Of a DNA stretch of 64,000 nucleotides, positions 20,378 through 31,217 are shown one piece after another. Each line of letters begins with the position of its first letter. Within the stretch, counting starts at the first letter, position 1. Under the pieces are notes generated by a model, which saw only the letters and a program-made list of their open reading frames with translations, ran no database searches and was not told the origin of the DNA. The position numbers and the translations under genes were made by a program. Source of the stretch: Bacteroidales bacterium (lineage in GTDB: Bacteria; Bacteroidota; Bacteroidia; Bacteroidales; UBA932); NCBI GenBank assembly GCA_024401865.1, contig JAKSKI010000001.1, forward strand, positions 594-64,593. Direction: 5' to 3'.

Positions 20378-21485
20378 TCAGTTCGTCGAGTACGCCGGGG
20401 TCGAAATAGTTGATTTTCATAGCGGCCTTGACTTCAGAGAGAGTCCTGGAGGCCACGGCCCTGGCGGCTTCTGTACCCTTCTTCAGGATGGAGTAAACGT
20501 ACGGTATGTCCTGCTCGAGTTCGTGACGGCGGGCACGTATGGGTTCCAGAGTGTCGTTGAGCACGGCTGTAAGGAAATTCTTGATCATCACGTCGCCAAG
20601 TCCTCCGGCGCGATACTGGGCCTTGACTTCATCCAGGCTATGGAACTCGAAGCTTGCCTTGCGGCCGGTGAAACAGTCACCGAACTTGTCAAAATGTATG
20701 GGCTTGCAGAATGCATCCAGATAAGTGAAGACCGTATTGCCTTCAACTTTGCCGGGATCGCTAACCTGAAGATGCCCCGGATCGGTATACATTCCCTTGA
20801 CCTTGCGGGCGACTTCTTCGGCTGAATCCGACAGATAGATGCAGTTGCCCAGGGACTTGCTCATCTTGGCCTTGCCGTCAGTGCCGGGAAGCCTGAGGCA
20901 GGCGGCATTGTCGGGGAGCATTATCTCCGGCTCAACAAGCACGGGGCCGTAAGTCGAATTGAATTTGCGTACAATCTCCCTCGTCTGCTCTATCATAGGC
21001 TCCTGGTCTTCGCCGACAGGGACGGTTGTCGCCTTGAACGCAGTGATGTCGGCTGCCTGGGAAATAGGGTAGCAGAAGAATCCGACCGGGGTGCCGGCCT
21101 TGTTGTCATCAGTGTCGGAGAAACCTCTCATCTGAATCTCGGCTTTGACCGTCGGATTGCGCTGGAGACGCTGGACGGTGACGAGATTCTGATAGAAGAA
21201 GTCGAGCTCGGTGAGTTCGCTTATCTGCGACTGGATGAATATGTTGGATTTGTCAGGGTTAAGACCGGCAGAAAGGTAGTCCAGGGCCACCTCGATAATG
21301 TTCTGACGCACCTTTTCCGGATTGTCCGCATTGTCTGTCAGGGCCTGGGCGTCGGCTATCATTATGTATATCTCGTCGAACAGACCGCTGTTCTGCAGCT
21401 CCACCCTTCTGCGCAGCGAACCTACGTAATGTCCGATGTGAAGACGTCCTGTGGGACGGTCTCCCGTAAGTATGATCCTGCCCAT
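20337..21485 (-). CDS. trpS: Tryptophan-tRNA ligase
   Basis: [23 protein letters not shown]. Confidence 0.97.
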   Translation of the reverse strand: MGRIILTGDRPTGRLHIGHYVGSLRRRVELQNSGLFDEIYIMIADAQALTDNADNPEKVRQNIIEVALDYLSAGLNPDKSNIFIQSQISELTELDFFYQNLVTVQRLQRNPTVKAEIQMRGFSDTDDNKAGTPVGFFCYPISQAADITAFKATTVPVGEDQEPMIEQTREIVRKFNSTYGPVLVEPEIMLPDNAACLRLPGTDGKAKMSKSLGNCIYLSDSAEEVARKVKGMYTDPGHLQVSDPGKVEGNTVFTYLDAFCKPIHFDKFGDCFTGRKASFEFHSLDEVKAQYRAGGLGDVMIKNFLTAVLNDTLEPIRARRHELEQDIPYVYSILKKGTEAARAVASRTLSEVKAAMKINYFDPGVLDELIREQSEKYREDGQ

Positions 21486-22513
21486 CAGTCCTTCACTTCC
21501 TTGAGCGACTCGCGCACCTGTACTTCGATCTCTTCGCAGAGTTCGGCGTTGTCTTTAAGCAACTGCTTGACAGCCGTGAGACCCTGGGCCAGCTTGGCAT
21601 CCTTGTAACTGAACCAGCTGCCGCTCTTGTGTATGATGTCGAATTCGACGGCCAGATCCACAATCTCGGCAACGTGAGAAATGCCTTCACCGTATACTAT
21701 GTCGAACTCGGCCTTCTTGAAAGGAGGCGCCATCTTGTTCTTGACGACCTTTACCCTGGTGCGGCTTCCTGTCGCCTCGTCACCGTCCTTTATCTGGGTG
21801 GTGCGGCGCACGTCGATGCGCACCGAGGCGTAGAACTTGAGCGCGTTGCCGCCCGTTGTCGTCTCCGGGTTGCCGAACATGACCCCGATCTTCTCGCGAA
21901 GCTGGTTGATGAATATGCAGCAGGTGTTGGTCTTGGAAATGTTGGCGGTAAGTTTGCGCAGAGCCTGGCTCATCAGTCTGGCCTGAAGACCGACCTTGTT
22001 GTCTCCCATCTCGCCTTCTATCTCAGCTTTGGGTGTCAGGGCGGCGACGGAGTCTATAACCACAATATCCACTGCACCGCTGCGTATGAGATTGTCCGCT
22101 ATCTCCAAAGCCTGCTCTCCGTTGTCGGGCTGTGATATGAGCAGTGTCTCGAGATTGACCCCGAGAGCCTGGGCATACGTCCTGTCGAAAGCGTGTTCGG
22201 CATCTATCATTGCCGCGATGCCGCCCATCTTCTGGGCTTCCGCAATGGCGTGGATGGCAAGTGTGGTCTTGCCGCTTGATTCGGGCCCGTAAATCTCGAT
22301 GATGCGCCCTCTCGGATAACCTCCGATGCCCAGGGCGTGATCCAGAGCGACCGAACCGCTCGGGATGACCTGAACATCCCATTCTGGCTGATCTCCCAAC
22401 TTCATGATCGTCCCTTTCCCGTAATCTTTCTCAATCTTGTCGATCGTGGCCTGCAATGCCTTGAGTTTGGCGGCATTGACATCCGTGGCCTGTGCTTCAA
22501 CTTCTTTAGCCAT
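21485..22513 (-). CDS. recA: Recombinase A
   Basis: [25 protein letters not shown]. Confidence 0.99.
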   Translation of the reverse strand: MAKEVEAQATDVNAAKLKALQATIDKIEKDYGKGTIMKLGDQPEWDVQVIPSGSVALDHALGIGGYPRGRIIEIYGPESSGKTTLAIHAIAEAQKMGGIAAMIDAEHAFDRTYAQALGVNLETLLISQPDNGEQALEIADNLIRSGAVDIVVIDSVAALTPKAEIEGEMGDNKVGLQARLMSQALRKLTANISKTNTCCIFINQLREKIGVMFGNPETTTGGNALKFYASVRIDVRRTTQIKDGDEATGSRTRVKVVKNKMAPPFKKAEFDIVYGEGISHVAEIVDLAVEFDIIHKSGSWFSYKDAKLAQGLTAVKQLLKDNAELCEEIEVQVRESLKEVKD

Positions 22514-22609
22514 AATGATTTGATTTATTTGTTAATGTGCAGCGCCGGACTTCTGCGGCGGGATACCTGCAAATACAAATATACAATATATTTTGTTAAA
22601 TTTGTGCGT

Positions 22610-23650
22610 ATGAAAGAAAAGTTGTTGGGAAAGACTCTGACCGAATTGCAGGAGGCCGCGGTGTCCGTCGGACTAAAGCCTTTCGTGGGCCGGCAGTTGT
22701 GCGAATGGCTTTACATCAAGCGTGTGTCGGACTGGGACAGGATGACCAACATAGGTAGGTCCGCCAGGGCTTCCCTTATGGAGAAATATGTGCTCGGCAC
22801 TTCGGCTCCTGTGGGAAGGGCGGAATCCTCCGATGGCACCGTCAAATATCTGTTTGCCGTTGGCGGACAGGATGAAGCCACCGCCACGGTCAATGCAGTG
22901 GAGGCCGTGATGATTCCTGAAGAGGACAGAAGGACGTTGTGTGTGTCCAGCCAGGCCGGGTGCAAGATGGGATGCCGCTTCTGTATGACGGGAAGGCAGG
23001 GCTTTCACGGCAATCTGGATGCGGCCGACATACTCAACCAGTTCCTCGGCATCGATGACCCCTGCACCCTGACCAATACCGTATTCATGGGAATGGGGGA
23101 GCCTCTGGACAATTTCGGGGCGGTCAGCCGTGCCATTGAGGTGCTCACTGCGGACTGGGGATTCGCCTGGAGTCCCAAGAGGGTGACCCTGAGTACGATA
23201 GGAGTGCTTCCAAGCCTGAAGAAATATCTCGACTCATATAAATGCCATCTTGCCATAAGTCTTCACAATCCGTTCCCGGACGAGCGGCTGCGGATGATGC
23301 CTGCCGAGAAGGCTTTCCCTTCAGCCGGGGTGCTGGACCTGATAAGACAGTATGACTTCTCGGGCCAGAGAAGGGTGAGTTTCGAGTATACGATGTTTGC
23401 CGGATGGAATGACGACAAGCGTCACGCCGATGCACTCATCCGACTGCTCCGCGGCTTGGAGTGCAGGGTGAACCTCATACGCTTCCACAGGATACCGGAT
23501 TTCCCGTACGATACCGCGTCGCCCGCCGCCATGGAGGCTTTCAGAGACAGATTGAACAACAACGGAATAGTATGCACAATCAGAAAATCGCGAGGCGAGG
23601 ACATACTTGCAGCTTGCGGAATGCTTGCCGGAAAGCACTCTTCGCACTGA
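22610..23650 (+). CDS. rlmN: 23S rRNA m2A2503 radical-SAM methyltransferase
   Basis: CVSSQAGCKMGCRFC, MGMGEP, AACG. Confidence 0.95.
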   Translation: MKEKLLGKTLTELQEAAVSVGLKPFVGRQLCEWLYIKRVSDWDRMTNIGRSARASLMEKYVLGTSAPVGRAESSDGTVKYLFAVGGQDEATATVNAVEAVMIPEEDRRTLCVSSQAGCKMGCRFCMTGRQGFHGNLDAADILNQFLGIDDPCTLTNTVFMGMGEPLDNFGAVSRAIEVLTADWGFAWSPKRVTLSTIGVLPSLKKYLDSYKCHLAISLHNPFPDERLRMMPAEKAFPSAGVLDLIRQYDFSGQRRVSFEYTMFAGWNDDKRHADALIRLLRGLECRVNLIRFHRIPDFPYDTASPAAMEAFRDRLNNNGIVCTIRKSRGEDILAACGMLAGKHSSH

Positions 23651-26049
23651 CGCTGTTCATTGCTTCCGCTCCTTCGTGGGCCCAGAACCCAAACGGACTC
23701 TCCGTGGACTCGGTGCATCCTGATGAGGATGCCGCCACCATTGCCCTGATGAGGAAGAAGATGGAGCAGGTAAGGACAAGGGAGGGCCGTCCCACTGTGG
23801 CTCTGGTACTTAGCGGCGGAGGAGCCAAGGGCGCCGCCCAGCTGGGCGTCAAAAAGCTTATGGATGAACTTGGCATCCCTGTGGATATGATATGCGGCAC
23901 GAGCATAGGAGGCCTGATTGGCGGACTCCTTGCCGTGGGCTATTCTCCCGAATTCATCGATTCATTGTTTACCCATCAGGACTGGAGCGAGACACTTACG
24001 GACAGGATAGACCCGTCATATGTCTCTGTCGAAAGCAAAATGTACAAGTCCCGCTTCCTGTTGTCAGTGCCGTTCCATTATCAGGACGAGACTTTCAACC
24101 AGAGGGTGAAGGAGCAGGAATTGTACAGCCCCAGGAAGGGCAAGCTCCATCTGGGCGCCAATGACAACGTGGCCGGTGTCGGCATCAACTCCACAGCGAG
24201 TTCCCTGCCTGCCGGATACGCCAACGGATTCAACGTCAACAACCTGCTCTCGAGTCTCACGGTGGGATATCAGGACAGTATGGCGTTCAAGGACCTGCCC
24301 ATCCCTTTCTTCTGTGTAGCCACGGAACTTATATCATGCAAGGCCAAGAACTGGGAGAACGGTGAACTCAAGACTGCAATGCGCTCCACAATGAGCATTC
24401 CAGGACTCTTCAAACCGGTCAGAACCCGGGGAATGGTGCTTGTGGACGGTGGTATGAGAAACAATTTCCCCGTCGACCTCGCCAGGGAGATGGGTGCCGA
24501 TTACGTGATCGGAGTGGAACTGTCAGACCGTCTGATGACATATTCCGAGCTTAACAACATCGGCGATATGGCCTTCCAGATGATAGACCTTATGGGCAAG
24601 GAAGCGCACGACCGCAACATCAAAGGCTGCGATATTTTTGTCAAACCTGACCTTGAAGGCTATAATATGCTGAGTTTCAAGGCTGAAGCCATAGATACGA
24701 TGATAGAACGCGGCCACCGGGCGGCAATGCTCCACAGGGACGAGTTCGTGACTCTGAAGAAGATTCTGGGGGAGAAATCATCCCCGAAGCTTCACGGGAA
24801 GCCTGCGGTAGACATCAACCGTACGGCGGTCCAGTTGCGTTCGGTGCAGTTCAAGGGACTGACTGACAAGGAGGCCCTCTTCCTCCAGAACAAGATCAAG
24901 CTGACTGCCGGCCAGTTCGTCACCGCTGCCGATATGAAGGACGCGATGTCAAAGATACAGGCAACAGGATGTATGGAGTCGGTGACTTATTCCCTTCTCG
25001 GAACTGAAGGACCGTATGATCTCGTAATCAACTGCAACAAGAGCCCTGTCCACCAGGTCGGTTTCGGACTCAGGGCGGATAACGTCGAATGGGTGTCGAT
25101 TCTGCTCAACCTGGGTCTCAACAAGCACAAGCTGATGGGCTCTAAGTTCGACTTCAATCTCAAGTTCGGTCCTTGTCAGTACTTTGATTTCAAATATTCG
25201 CTGGACCTTCCGCATATGCCCACCGTCAACGCTGACTTCAGGATTTCACATACGGTGGCAGAGATTCAATATCCCGAAAATGGAGCGGTGTCGGCCGGAT
25301 TCTGGTCTCATCGCGAGCGGCTGTATCTGTCCAATATGAAATGGACCAGGCTGGACGTGAAGGCCGGTTTGCAGAACCAGTATTTCGAGATGCCCGGGGA
25401 ATGGTTCAAGACCGTCGGCCCGCATCCGCTTACGGACGAGCAGATGAAGGGTAATTATTGTTCGGCATTCATCAATGCGGGACTGTATACCCTGGATGAT
25501 CATTTCTTCCCTTCCAAAGGCGTCAATTTCAATATGGGTTATGAATTGGTGTTCGCCAAGTCGGGCAATCCCGATAAGATACCTTATCACATCCTGTTCC
25601 TCAACTGGAAGCCGGTCATCCCCATTGGTGAACGTTTCGCCATCATACCCGATATCCATTACAGGAGTCTTTTCACCAAAAATTCGTATGCGGACGATAT
25701 CCCCATCGGGTACGGCAATTATGCCGGCGGAGGATTCCAGGGCCGTTTCTTCGATCAGGCAGTGCCTGTTGCCGGCTATTCCGGCCTTTTTGCACTGGAT
25801 GACAATATGGTGGCGGTCAATCTGGCTTTCAGGGTATCACCTGTCAAGGACCTGTTCGTTACCGCGGAATGCGGGGCTTTGAGGGCGAACGATACTTTTT
25901 CGGGGCTTCTGTCAGGTTTGAGACCCGACTATTGGGGAGTCTCCGCCGGAGTCGGATATGACTCGATATTCGGACCGCTCAAACTTCAGTTCGAATGGTC
26001 GGAAAGAATGGGATTCGGCTATTACCTGTCTCTGGGATATGACTTCTGA
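23572..26049 (+). CDS. Patatin-like phospholipase with POTRA and beta-barrel (type Vd, PlpD-like)
   Basis: GGGAKG, GTSIG and DGG motifs; C-terminal YYLSLGYDF outer-membrane signature. Confidence 0.87.
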   Translation: MHNQKIARRGHTCSLRNACRKALFALTLFIASAPSWAQNPNGLSVDSVHPDEDAATIALMRKKMEQVRTREGRPTVALVLSGGGAKGAAQLGVKKLMDELGIPVDMICGTSIGGLIGGLLAVGYSPEFIDSLFTHQDWSETLTDRIDPSYVSVESKMYKSRFLLSVPFHYQDETFNQRVKEQELYSPRKGKLHLGANDNVAGVGINSTASSLPAGYANGFNVNNLLSSLTVGYQDSMAFKDLPIPFFCVATELISCKAKNWENGELKTAMRSTMSIPGLFKPVRTRGMVLVDGGMRNNFPVDLAREMGADYVIGVELSDRLMTYSELNNIGDMAFQMIDLMGKEAHDRNIKGCDIFVKPDLEGYNMLSFKAEAIDTMIERGHRAAMLHRDEFVTLKKILGEKSSPKLHGKPAVDINRTAVQLRSVQFKGLTDKEALFLQNKIKLTAGQFVTAADMKDAMSKIQATGCMESVTYSLLGTEGPYDLVINCNKSPVHQVGFGLRADNVEWVSILLNLGLNKHKLMGSKFDFNLKFGPCQYFDFKYSLDLPHMPTVNADFRISHTVAEIQYPENGAVSAGFWSHRERLYLSNMKWTRLDVKAGLQNQYFEMPGEWFKTVGPHPLTDEQMKGNYCSAFINAGLYTLDDHFFPSKGVNFNMGYELVFAKSGNPDKIPYHILFLNWKPVIPIGERFAIIPDIHYRSLFTKNSYADDIPIGYGNYAGGGFQGRFFDQAVPVAGYSGLFALDDNMVAVNLAFRVSPVKDLFVTAECGALRANDTFSGLLSGLRPDYWGVSAGVGYDSIFGPLKLQFEWSERMGFGYYLSLGYDF

Positions 26050-26050
26050 T

Positions 26051-26566
26051 ATGGACGAAAGATCGAAGAAAATACTCTCCCGTCTGGAGGCCAGGTGCTC
26101 CAAATGCGAGTACTGCTCGTCGGATATATACCGCAAGGCTCTGGAGGCGCTCAAGAGGGAAGCGGGGCCCGAAGCCGATATGGAAGAACTCCGGGAGGCG
26201 GCCGACGGGATACTCTCGTCTCTGGTCACGGACAGATTCGTGGACGATCTGAGGTACGCCACGGCATTTGCTAGAGAGAAGTCGTCGATCACAGGCTGGG
26301 GGAAGGTGAAGATCAGGTTTGCACTGGCGGCCAAGAAGATTCCCGAATCCGTGATCGGGGAAGCTCTGGGAGAGATTGATGAAGGCGCATCCGGAGACAG
26401 ACTCGTCAAAATGCTTGCCGCCAAATGGAAGACCCTCAGCGCTCCGGACGGGAAGCCGCTTCAGGATGCCAAGCTCAAACTCATAAGATTCGCCCTGACC
26501 AGGGGATATGAATATGAAGACGTGCGCTCCGCAGTGGAATCCGTAATTCGCGATGGACAATCTTGA
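26051..26566 (+). CDS. recX: Regulatory protein RecX
   Basis: CSKCEYC, FVDDLRYA, WGKVKIRFAL, KLIRFALTRGY. Confidence 0.88.
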   Translation: MDERSKKILSRLEARCSKCEYCSSDIYRKALEALKREAGPEADMEELREAADGILSSLVTDRFVDDLRYATAFAREKSSITGWGKVKIRFALAAKKIPESVIGEALGEIDEGASGDRLVKMLAAKWKTLSAPDGKPLQDAKLKLIRFALTRGYEYEDVRSAVESVIRDGQS

Positions 26567-27044
26567 CCTCTCCACGGTTTTCGCCCGCAACTGCGAGGTG
26601 CGTCGCATAGACCGGGCCCGGGCGGCTGCGTTTATGGATTCCTGCCATCGTATGGGCAGCGCCACCTGCAGACATTGCTACGGTCTTTTCATCAAACGGC
26701 GGACCGGAGGATCCGAGACGGAGTTGGAATGCGGGACTATGGTGGCGGCGGCAACGTTCTCCAACGCCAGGAGATGGCGCAAGGGAGATGTCACAGTGGC
26801 ATCATATGAATGGATACGCTATGCCTCGCTGCCGGGTATCCGCGTCACTGGAGGTATGGGCAAGCTCCTGAATGCCTTCGTCGAAGAGGTCGGTCCCGAT
26901 GACGTCATGTCCTACTGCGACCTCGGGTGGTCCGACGGTGACGCCTATCGCGAACTTGGATTCACACAGGAAGGCGTGGTCGAAAGAACAGGGTTCCGCT
27001 GCCTCAAGTTCAGAAAGACTTTTCCCACTTCTGCCCGGCCTTGA
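26553..27044 (+). CDS. Hypothetical protein resembling the GNAT/Mom-like domain of phage Hef-like endonucleases
   Basis: FARNCEVRRI, YEWIRYAS, VTGGMGKLL, SYCDLGWSDGDAYRELGF. Confidence 0.6.
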   Translation: MDNLDLSTVFARNCEVRRIDRARAAAFMDSCHRMGSATCRHCYGLFIKRRTGGSETELECGTMVAAATFSNARRWRKGDVTVASYEWIRYASLPGIRVTGGMGKLLNAFVEEVGPDDVMSYCDLGWSDGDAYRELGFTQEGVVERTGFRCLKFRKTFPTSARP

Positions 27045-29397
27045 GACTGACAGGCCCGTCGGTGATGCCCTTTATGTTGAAATCTCCGTCAGAGGTCGCC
27101 TCGAGGCACACGTAGGTCAGCTTGCCGTCAGACCACCGGGCCGATACCTCAGCCCCTCCGCGGACCCTTAGTCCTCTGAAGGAACCGTCCTTGAGGGCGG
27201 ATGGCAGTGCGGGAAGCAATTCGATTCCCGCATCGTTGCTTTGGACAAGCATTTCCGCTATGCCAGCACAGCCACCGAAGTTGCCGTCAATCTGGAAAGG
27301 CGGATGGGCACAGAACAGGTTGGGATAGGTGCCTCCTCCGGCGCCATAGCTGCATCCCGTTGACGAGACGGGATGCAGAAGGTCGCATATGAGTTTGTAG
27401 GCGTGGTCGCCGTCGTGAAGCCTTGCCCAGAAATTGACTTTCCATCCCATAGACCATCCGGTGCTTTCGTCACCGCGGACCTCCAAAGTGCGGATTGCCG
27501 CTTCAGCAAGGTCCGGAGTCCCCTCCACGGTGATTTCGTCACCGGGATAGAGACCATACAGATGGGACACGTGCCTGTGATGGACATCGGTCTCCTGCCT
27601 TGGCTCGGGCCATTCCATAATGCGCCCGTCCTCTCCTATGGTCGTGGGCATAAGCCTGGCCTTCTTCTCGTCCAGCACCTTGACGAAGTCTTCGTCCACT
27701 CCAAGTATGGAGGCGGCTTCGGATACATTGGTGAAGAGTTCCCTGACTATCTGCGTATCCATGGTGGATCCGGCGCTGAGACTGACTTTGCTGCCCTTGT
27801 GCCAATATGCCAGTTCGGGGGAAGTGGTGGGCGCGGTCACCAGGAAATGGCTTCTCGGATCCTCCACGAGCATATCCACGAAGAACAGCGCAGCCTCCTT
27901 CATCGTGGGATATACGTCGGCGAGATATTCCCTGTCCATCGAATACTGGTAATGTCTGTACAGGTGCTGGCACAGCCAGGCAGCCGTCGTGTTGGTGGCT
28001 CCCCAGCTGGGATGCTCCCCGGGGTAGGTATATGTCCAGACATTGCCCAGAACGTGCGTCACCCAACCCCTTGAATTGTAGAACACCCTGGCTGTGTTAC
28101 GGCCGCTCTCCACCTGGCTTTTGGTCCATTCTATGAGAGGAAGGTGCATTTCTGCGAGGTTGCCGGTCTCAGCGGGCCATAGGTTCATCTGAAGGTTTAT
28201 GTTGAGGTGGTAGTCGCCGTTCCAAGGTGTCTTGATGGTACGGGCCCACAGCCCCTGAAGGTTGGGGGGAAGACAACCGGGACGGGTGGAGCTGATGAGC
28301 AGGTATCTGCCGAACTGATAATAGAGACTGACCAGGGACGGGTCCCTGTGGTCCCGGTCAAAGGCTTCGAGCCTCCTGTCCATCGGCATATTCTCCCTCT
28401 CCGCATCGTGGCCGAAGTCCACGCTGACCCTGCCGAAGAGTCCGCCGTAGGCAGCGCGGTGGGCCGCATACAGTCTGTTCCACGATTTGCGGGAGGCTTT
28501 GTCCACGTCCGACTTGAGCTCTTCGGACCAGTTTGCGGAGAAATAGTCCGTCCTCATTCCTATCAGTATGAGAGCCTCGTCAGCATCGCTGACATCAATG
28601 ATGCCGTCGGAAGATATCAGACGTCCTCCTCGGGGGAGAATGACTCTTGTCCTTGCCTCGAAGCGCATTCCTTCAAATGCCGCCCCGGCATCGGGTTCCC
28701 TTCCGCTTTGCAGGCGTCCGCGGAATATCAGGTCTCCGTCTTCTGTTGTGCACACGGGCGATTGGACCCGGTTGAGCTCTATGTTGGACAGCCTGTCCAT
28801 CGAGATACTGAATCCAAGGGCGCCCTTCCTGTCAGCCTTCAGTCTTACTGCAATCACGTCGTCGGGATATGATGCGAATATCTCCCGGGTGTACCTGATG
28901 CCTCCCTGGACGTAAGTGACAGTCTGTACGGCATCCTCCAGGTTCAATTCGCGACGGTATCCGGAGACTTCTCCCTCCATTCTGTAAGAGATGCGCATAT
29001 TGCCAAGGAGCTGGTATGCTCCGTATGGTTTGGCGTATGACTTGCCTCCGTTGGAGCCTACACCTCCGTAAGTGAAAGTTCTGTATGTGAGTTCCTGAGC
29101 TTCAAGATTGCGGTCCTGAAACAGCAGGGCGCGTATTTCAGGAAGGAATTGCGACGCTTTTGTGCTGTCGTTCACCTCCTTGCTGCCGGACCACATCGAT
29201 ATCTCGTTGAGGACATAGGTTTCGTCGGAAGTGCCGCCGTCAGCCATAATGCCGATGCGCCCGTTGCCTTGGGGAAGGCATTCCTCCCATATCGATGCGG
29301 GGGAGTCGAAATGATAGCGGAGCGCCGGGTCGGACGGCTTTGAGTTGCAGGCGGTGAGCAGCAGGCACACGGCCGCGGGATACAGTATGCTCTTCAT
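27010..29397 (-). CDS. GH95 alpha-L-fucosidase/galactosidase lipoprotein
   Basis: GNGRIG, FGRYLLISS, NINLQMN, HRHVSHL, PPFQIDGNFG. Confidence 0.93.
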   Translation of the reverse strand: MKSILYPAAVCLLLTACNSKPSDPALRYHFDSPASIWEECLPQGNGRIGIMADGGTSDETYVLNEISMWSGSKEVNDSTKASQFLPEIRALLFQDRNLEAQELTYRTFTYGGVGSNGGKSYAKPYGAYQLLGNMRISYRMEGEVSGYRRELNLEDAVQTVTYVQGGIRYTREIFASYPDDVIAVRLKADRKGALGFSISMDRLSNIELNRVQSPVCTTEDGDLIFRGRLQSGREPDAGAAFEGMRFEARTRVILPRGGRLISSDGIIDVSDADEALILIGMRTDYFSANWSEELKSDVDKASRKSWNRLYAAHRAAYGGLFGRVSVDFGHDAERENMPMDRRLEAFDRDHRDPSLVSLYYQFGRYLLISSTRPGCLPPNLQGLWARTIKTPWNGDYHLNINLQMNLWPAETGNLAEMHLPLIEWTKSQVESGRNTARVFYNSRGWVTHVLGNVWTYTYPGEHPSWGATNTTAAWLCQHLYRHYQYSMDREYLADVYPTMKEAALFFVDMLVEDPRSHFLVTAPTTSPELAYWHKGSKVSLSAGSTMDTQIVRELFTNVSEAASILGVDEDFVKVLDEKKARLMPTTIGEDGRIMEWPEPRQETDVHHRHVSHLYGLYPGDEITVEGTPDLAEAAIRTLEVRGDESTGWSMGWKVNFWARLHDGDHAYKLICDLLHPVSSTGCSYGAGGGTYPNLFCAHPPFQIDGNFGGCAGIAEMLVQSNDAGIELLPALPSALKDGSFRGLRVRGGAEVSARWSDGKLTYVCLEATSDGDFNIKGITDGPVSLKAGQKWEKSF

Positions 29398-29454
29398 AAT
29401 GTAAAGATAGTCTTTTCTTTTTTTATTTGCCAATTGTGGCTAACTTTACGGGTA

Positions 29455-30087
29455 ATGAAGAATATTGCGATAGTGTGTGCAATGCTGAAGGAGTATGACC
29501 TCCTTACGCGTGAATTCGGTGACGGGGCTGACGTGCACTGTCTTCTCTCCGGAATCGGCAAGGTCAACGCCGCAGTCGCGGCGGAGCGCCTCATTGCACG
29601 ATACTCTCCCGACTGCATATTGTCCATCGGAGTGGCGGGTTCGTTTGCCGAAGGCGTCAGTGAAGGGGAGACGGTGATTGTGGACAGGACAGCCTACCAC
29701 GATGTATGGTGCGGTGTCCACTATCTTCCCGGACAGGTGGAGAATATGCCCTTGTTCTATCCCAGCGATCCCGAATTGATTGCAATAGCCAAATCCAGCC
29801 TTCCCGATGCTCACGTGGGTCTTCTATGCACGGGTGACCAGTTCTACATAAGTCCCGAAGAGGACGCAAGGCAGAAGGGTCTCTTCCCCGATGCCCTGGC
29901 CGTGGATATGGAAGGTGCAGCCGTAGCCCAGGTTGCATATATGCATTCGACACCCTTCCTGGCGGTCAAGATAATTAGTGACACGCACAATGACGGCCGG
30001 CAGAAGGAGCATTATGATGACTTCTGGGACAGACTGGCGGAGATATCCTTTTCGTCCATACATAAACTCCTGGACAACCTGTTATGA
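29455..30087 (+). CDS. mtnN: MTA/SAH nucleosidase
   Basis: SGIGKVNAA, TGDQF, DMEGAA, ISD; translationally coupled to luxS. Confidence 0.92.
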   Translation: MKNIAIVCAMLKEYDLLTREFGDGADVHCLLSGIGKVNAAVAAERLIARYSPDCILSIGVAGSFAEGVSEGETVIVDRTAYHDVWCGVHYLPGQVENMPLFYPSDPELIAIAKSSLPDAHVGLLCTGDQFYISPEEDARQKGLFPDALAVDMEGAAVAQVAYMHSTPFLAVKIISDTHNDGRQKEHYDDFWDRLAEISFSSIHKLLDNLL

Positions 30088-30563
30088 ACAAAATCCCCAG
30101 CTTTACAATCGATCATTTCCGCCTCAGGAGAGGCATCTATGTCTCCAACAAATACAGTGTGGGAGGGGAGACGCTCACGGTTTTCGACATACGTATGACG
30201 GAACCCAACCGCCAGGAAGCCGTCCCGCTTCCGGCCCTGCATTCCATCGAGCACCTTGCCGCCACATATCTGCGCAATGACCCGGAGTGGAAGGACAGGG
30301 TCATATATTGGGGGCCTATGGGATGCTGTACCGGCAATTACCTGATTCTGACCGGAGATCTCAAATCCGAGGACATAGTGGACCTGATGAAGGCCACCTT
30401 CAGTTTCATAGCTGAGTACGAGGGAGAAATCCCCGGAGCCGCTGCCAGGGATTGTGGCAGCTGGCGGCTGCACGACCTGGCCGGAGCCCGCGAAGCCGCA
30501 GGCCGCTATTTGCACGAGGTGCTGGAAGTTATCGGCGACGAGAATCTGAAATATCCCGAATAA
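30084..30563 (+). CDS. luxS: S-ribosylhomocysteine lyase (AI-2 synthase)
   Basis: SFTIDH, HSIEH, GPMGCCTG, CG...H. Confidence 0.96.
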   Translation: MNKIPSFTIDHFRLRRGIYVSNKYSVGGETLTVFDIRMTEPNRQEAVPLPALHSIEHLAATYLRNDPEWKDRVIYWGPMGCCTGNYLILTGDLKSEDIVDLMKATFSFIAEYEGEIPGAAARDCGSWRLHDLAGAREAAGRYLHEVLEVIGDENLKYPE

Positions 30564-31209
30564 TACCGAGCGCCTCCCTGCACAGGGCACTGATCCTGCC
30601 CCAGTCCCCCGCCGCGACGGCATCCCCGGGGAAGAGATTGGACCCCATTCCCACGCAGGTGACTCCGGCGTTGAACCAGGCTTCCAGATTGTCACGTTCG
30701 GGCTTGACTCCGCCTGTGACCATAAGTTTGCTCCAGGGCATGGGAGCAAGAAGCGCCTTGACGAATTTGGGCGTAAGCACGTCTCCGGGGAATATCTTGC
30801 AGACCTCACATCCTGCCCTCTGGGCTCTGCCCACTTCCGATACAGTGCCGCAACCGGGCATATATGGGACACCCGCCAGACGGCACCAGGGAGCCACTGC
30901 GGGGTTGAACTGAGGCCCTACCACGAATTCCGCTCCCATCCTGATGAATCGGCGGGCGTCACGGGCAAACGAAACCGATCCTATTCCCAATATCATTTCC
31001 GGCAACTCGGACCTGACGAATCCGACCAGCTGGGCGAAGACATCGGCCGCCTTGTCGCCCCTGTTGGCGAATTCGAATGCGCGAACTCCGCCGTCGTAAC
31101 AGGCCTTCAGCACCTTTTTGGAGATTTCCAAATCGGGATTGTAGAATACCGGCACCATTCCCGTGCCGCTGACGGCCTCGAGGACCTGCATTTTGCTGTG
31201 TCTTGTCAT
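30529..31209 (-). CDS. eda: KDPG/KHG aldolase
   Basis: GVRAFEFANRG, PGCGTVSEV, KIFPG, TGGV. Confidence 0.92.
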   Translation of the reverse strand: MTRHSKMQVLEAVSGTGMVPVFYNPDLEISKKVLKACYDGGVRAFEFANRGDKAADVFAQLVGFVRSELPEMILGIGSVSFARDARRFIRMGAEFVVGPQFNPAVAPWCRLAGVPYMPGCGTVSEVGRAQRAGCEVCKIFPGDVLTPKFVKALLAPMPWSKLMVTGGVKPERDNLEAWFNAGVTCVGMGSNLFPGDAVAAGDWGRISALCREALGIIRDISDSRRR

Positions 31210-31217
31210 AATATGGA

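Noticed and set aside
22530-22547. CGCCG/CGGCG hairpin in the recA leader as an SOS operator
   Set aside because: It is only a 5-bp stem with no recognisable repressor box.
23572-26049. Patatin-barrel protein as a novel toxin
   Set aside because: The type Vd architecture is already described and common in Bacteroidetes.
29455-30563. mtnN-luxS as a novel quorum-sensing system
   Set aside because: This is a well-known SAH detoxification/AI-2 pair, and no receptor genes are nearby.
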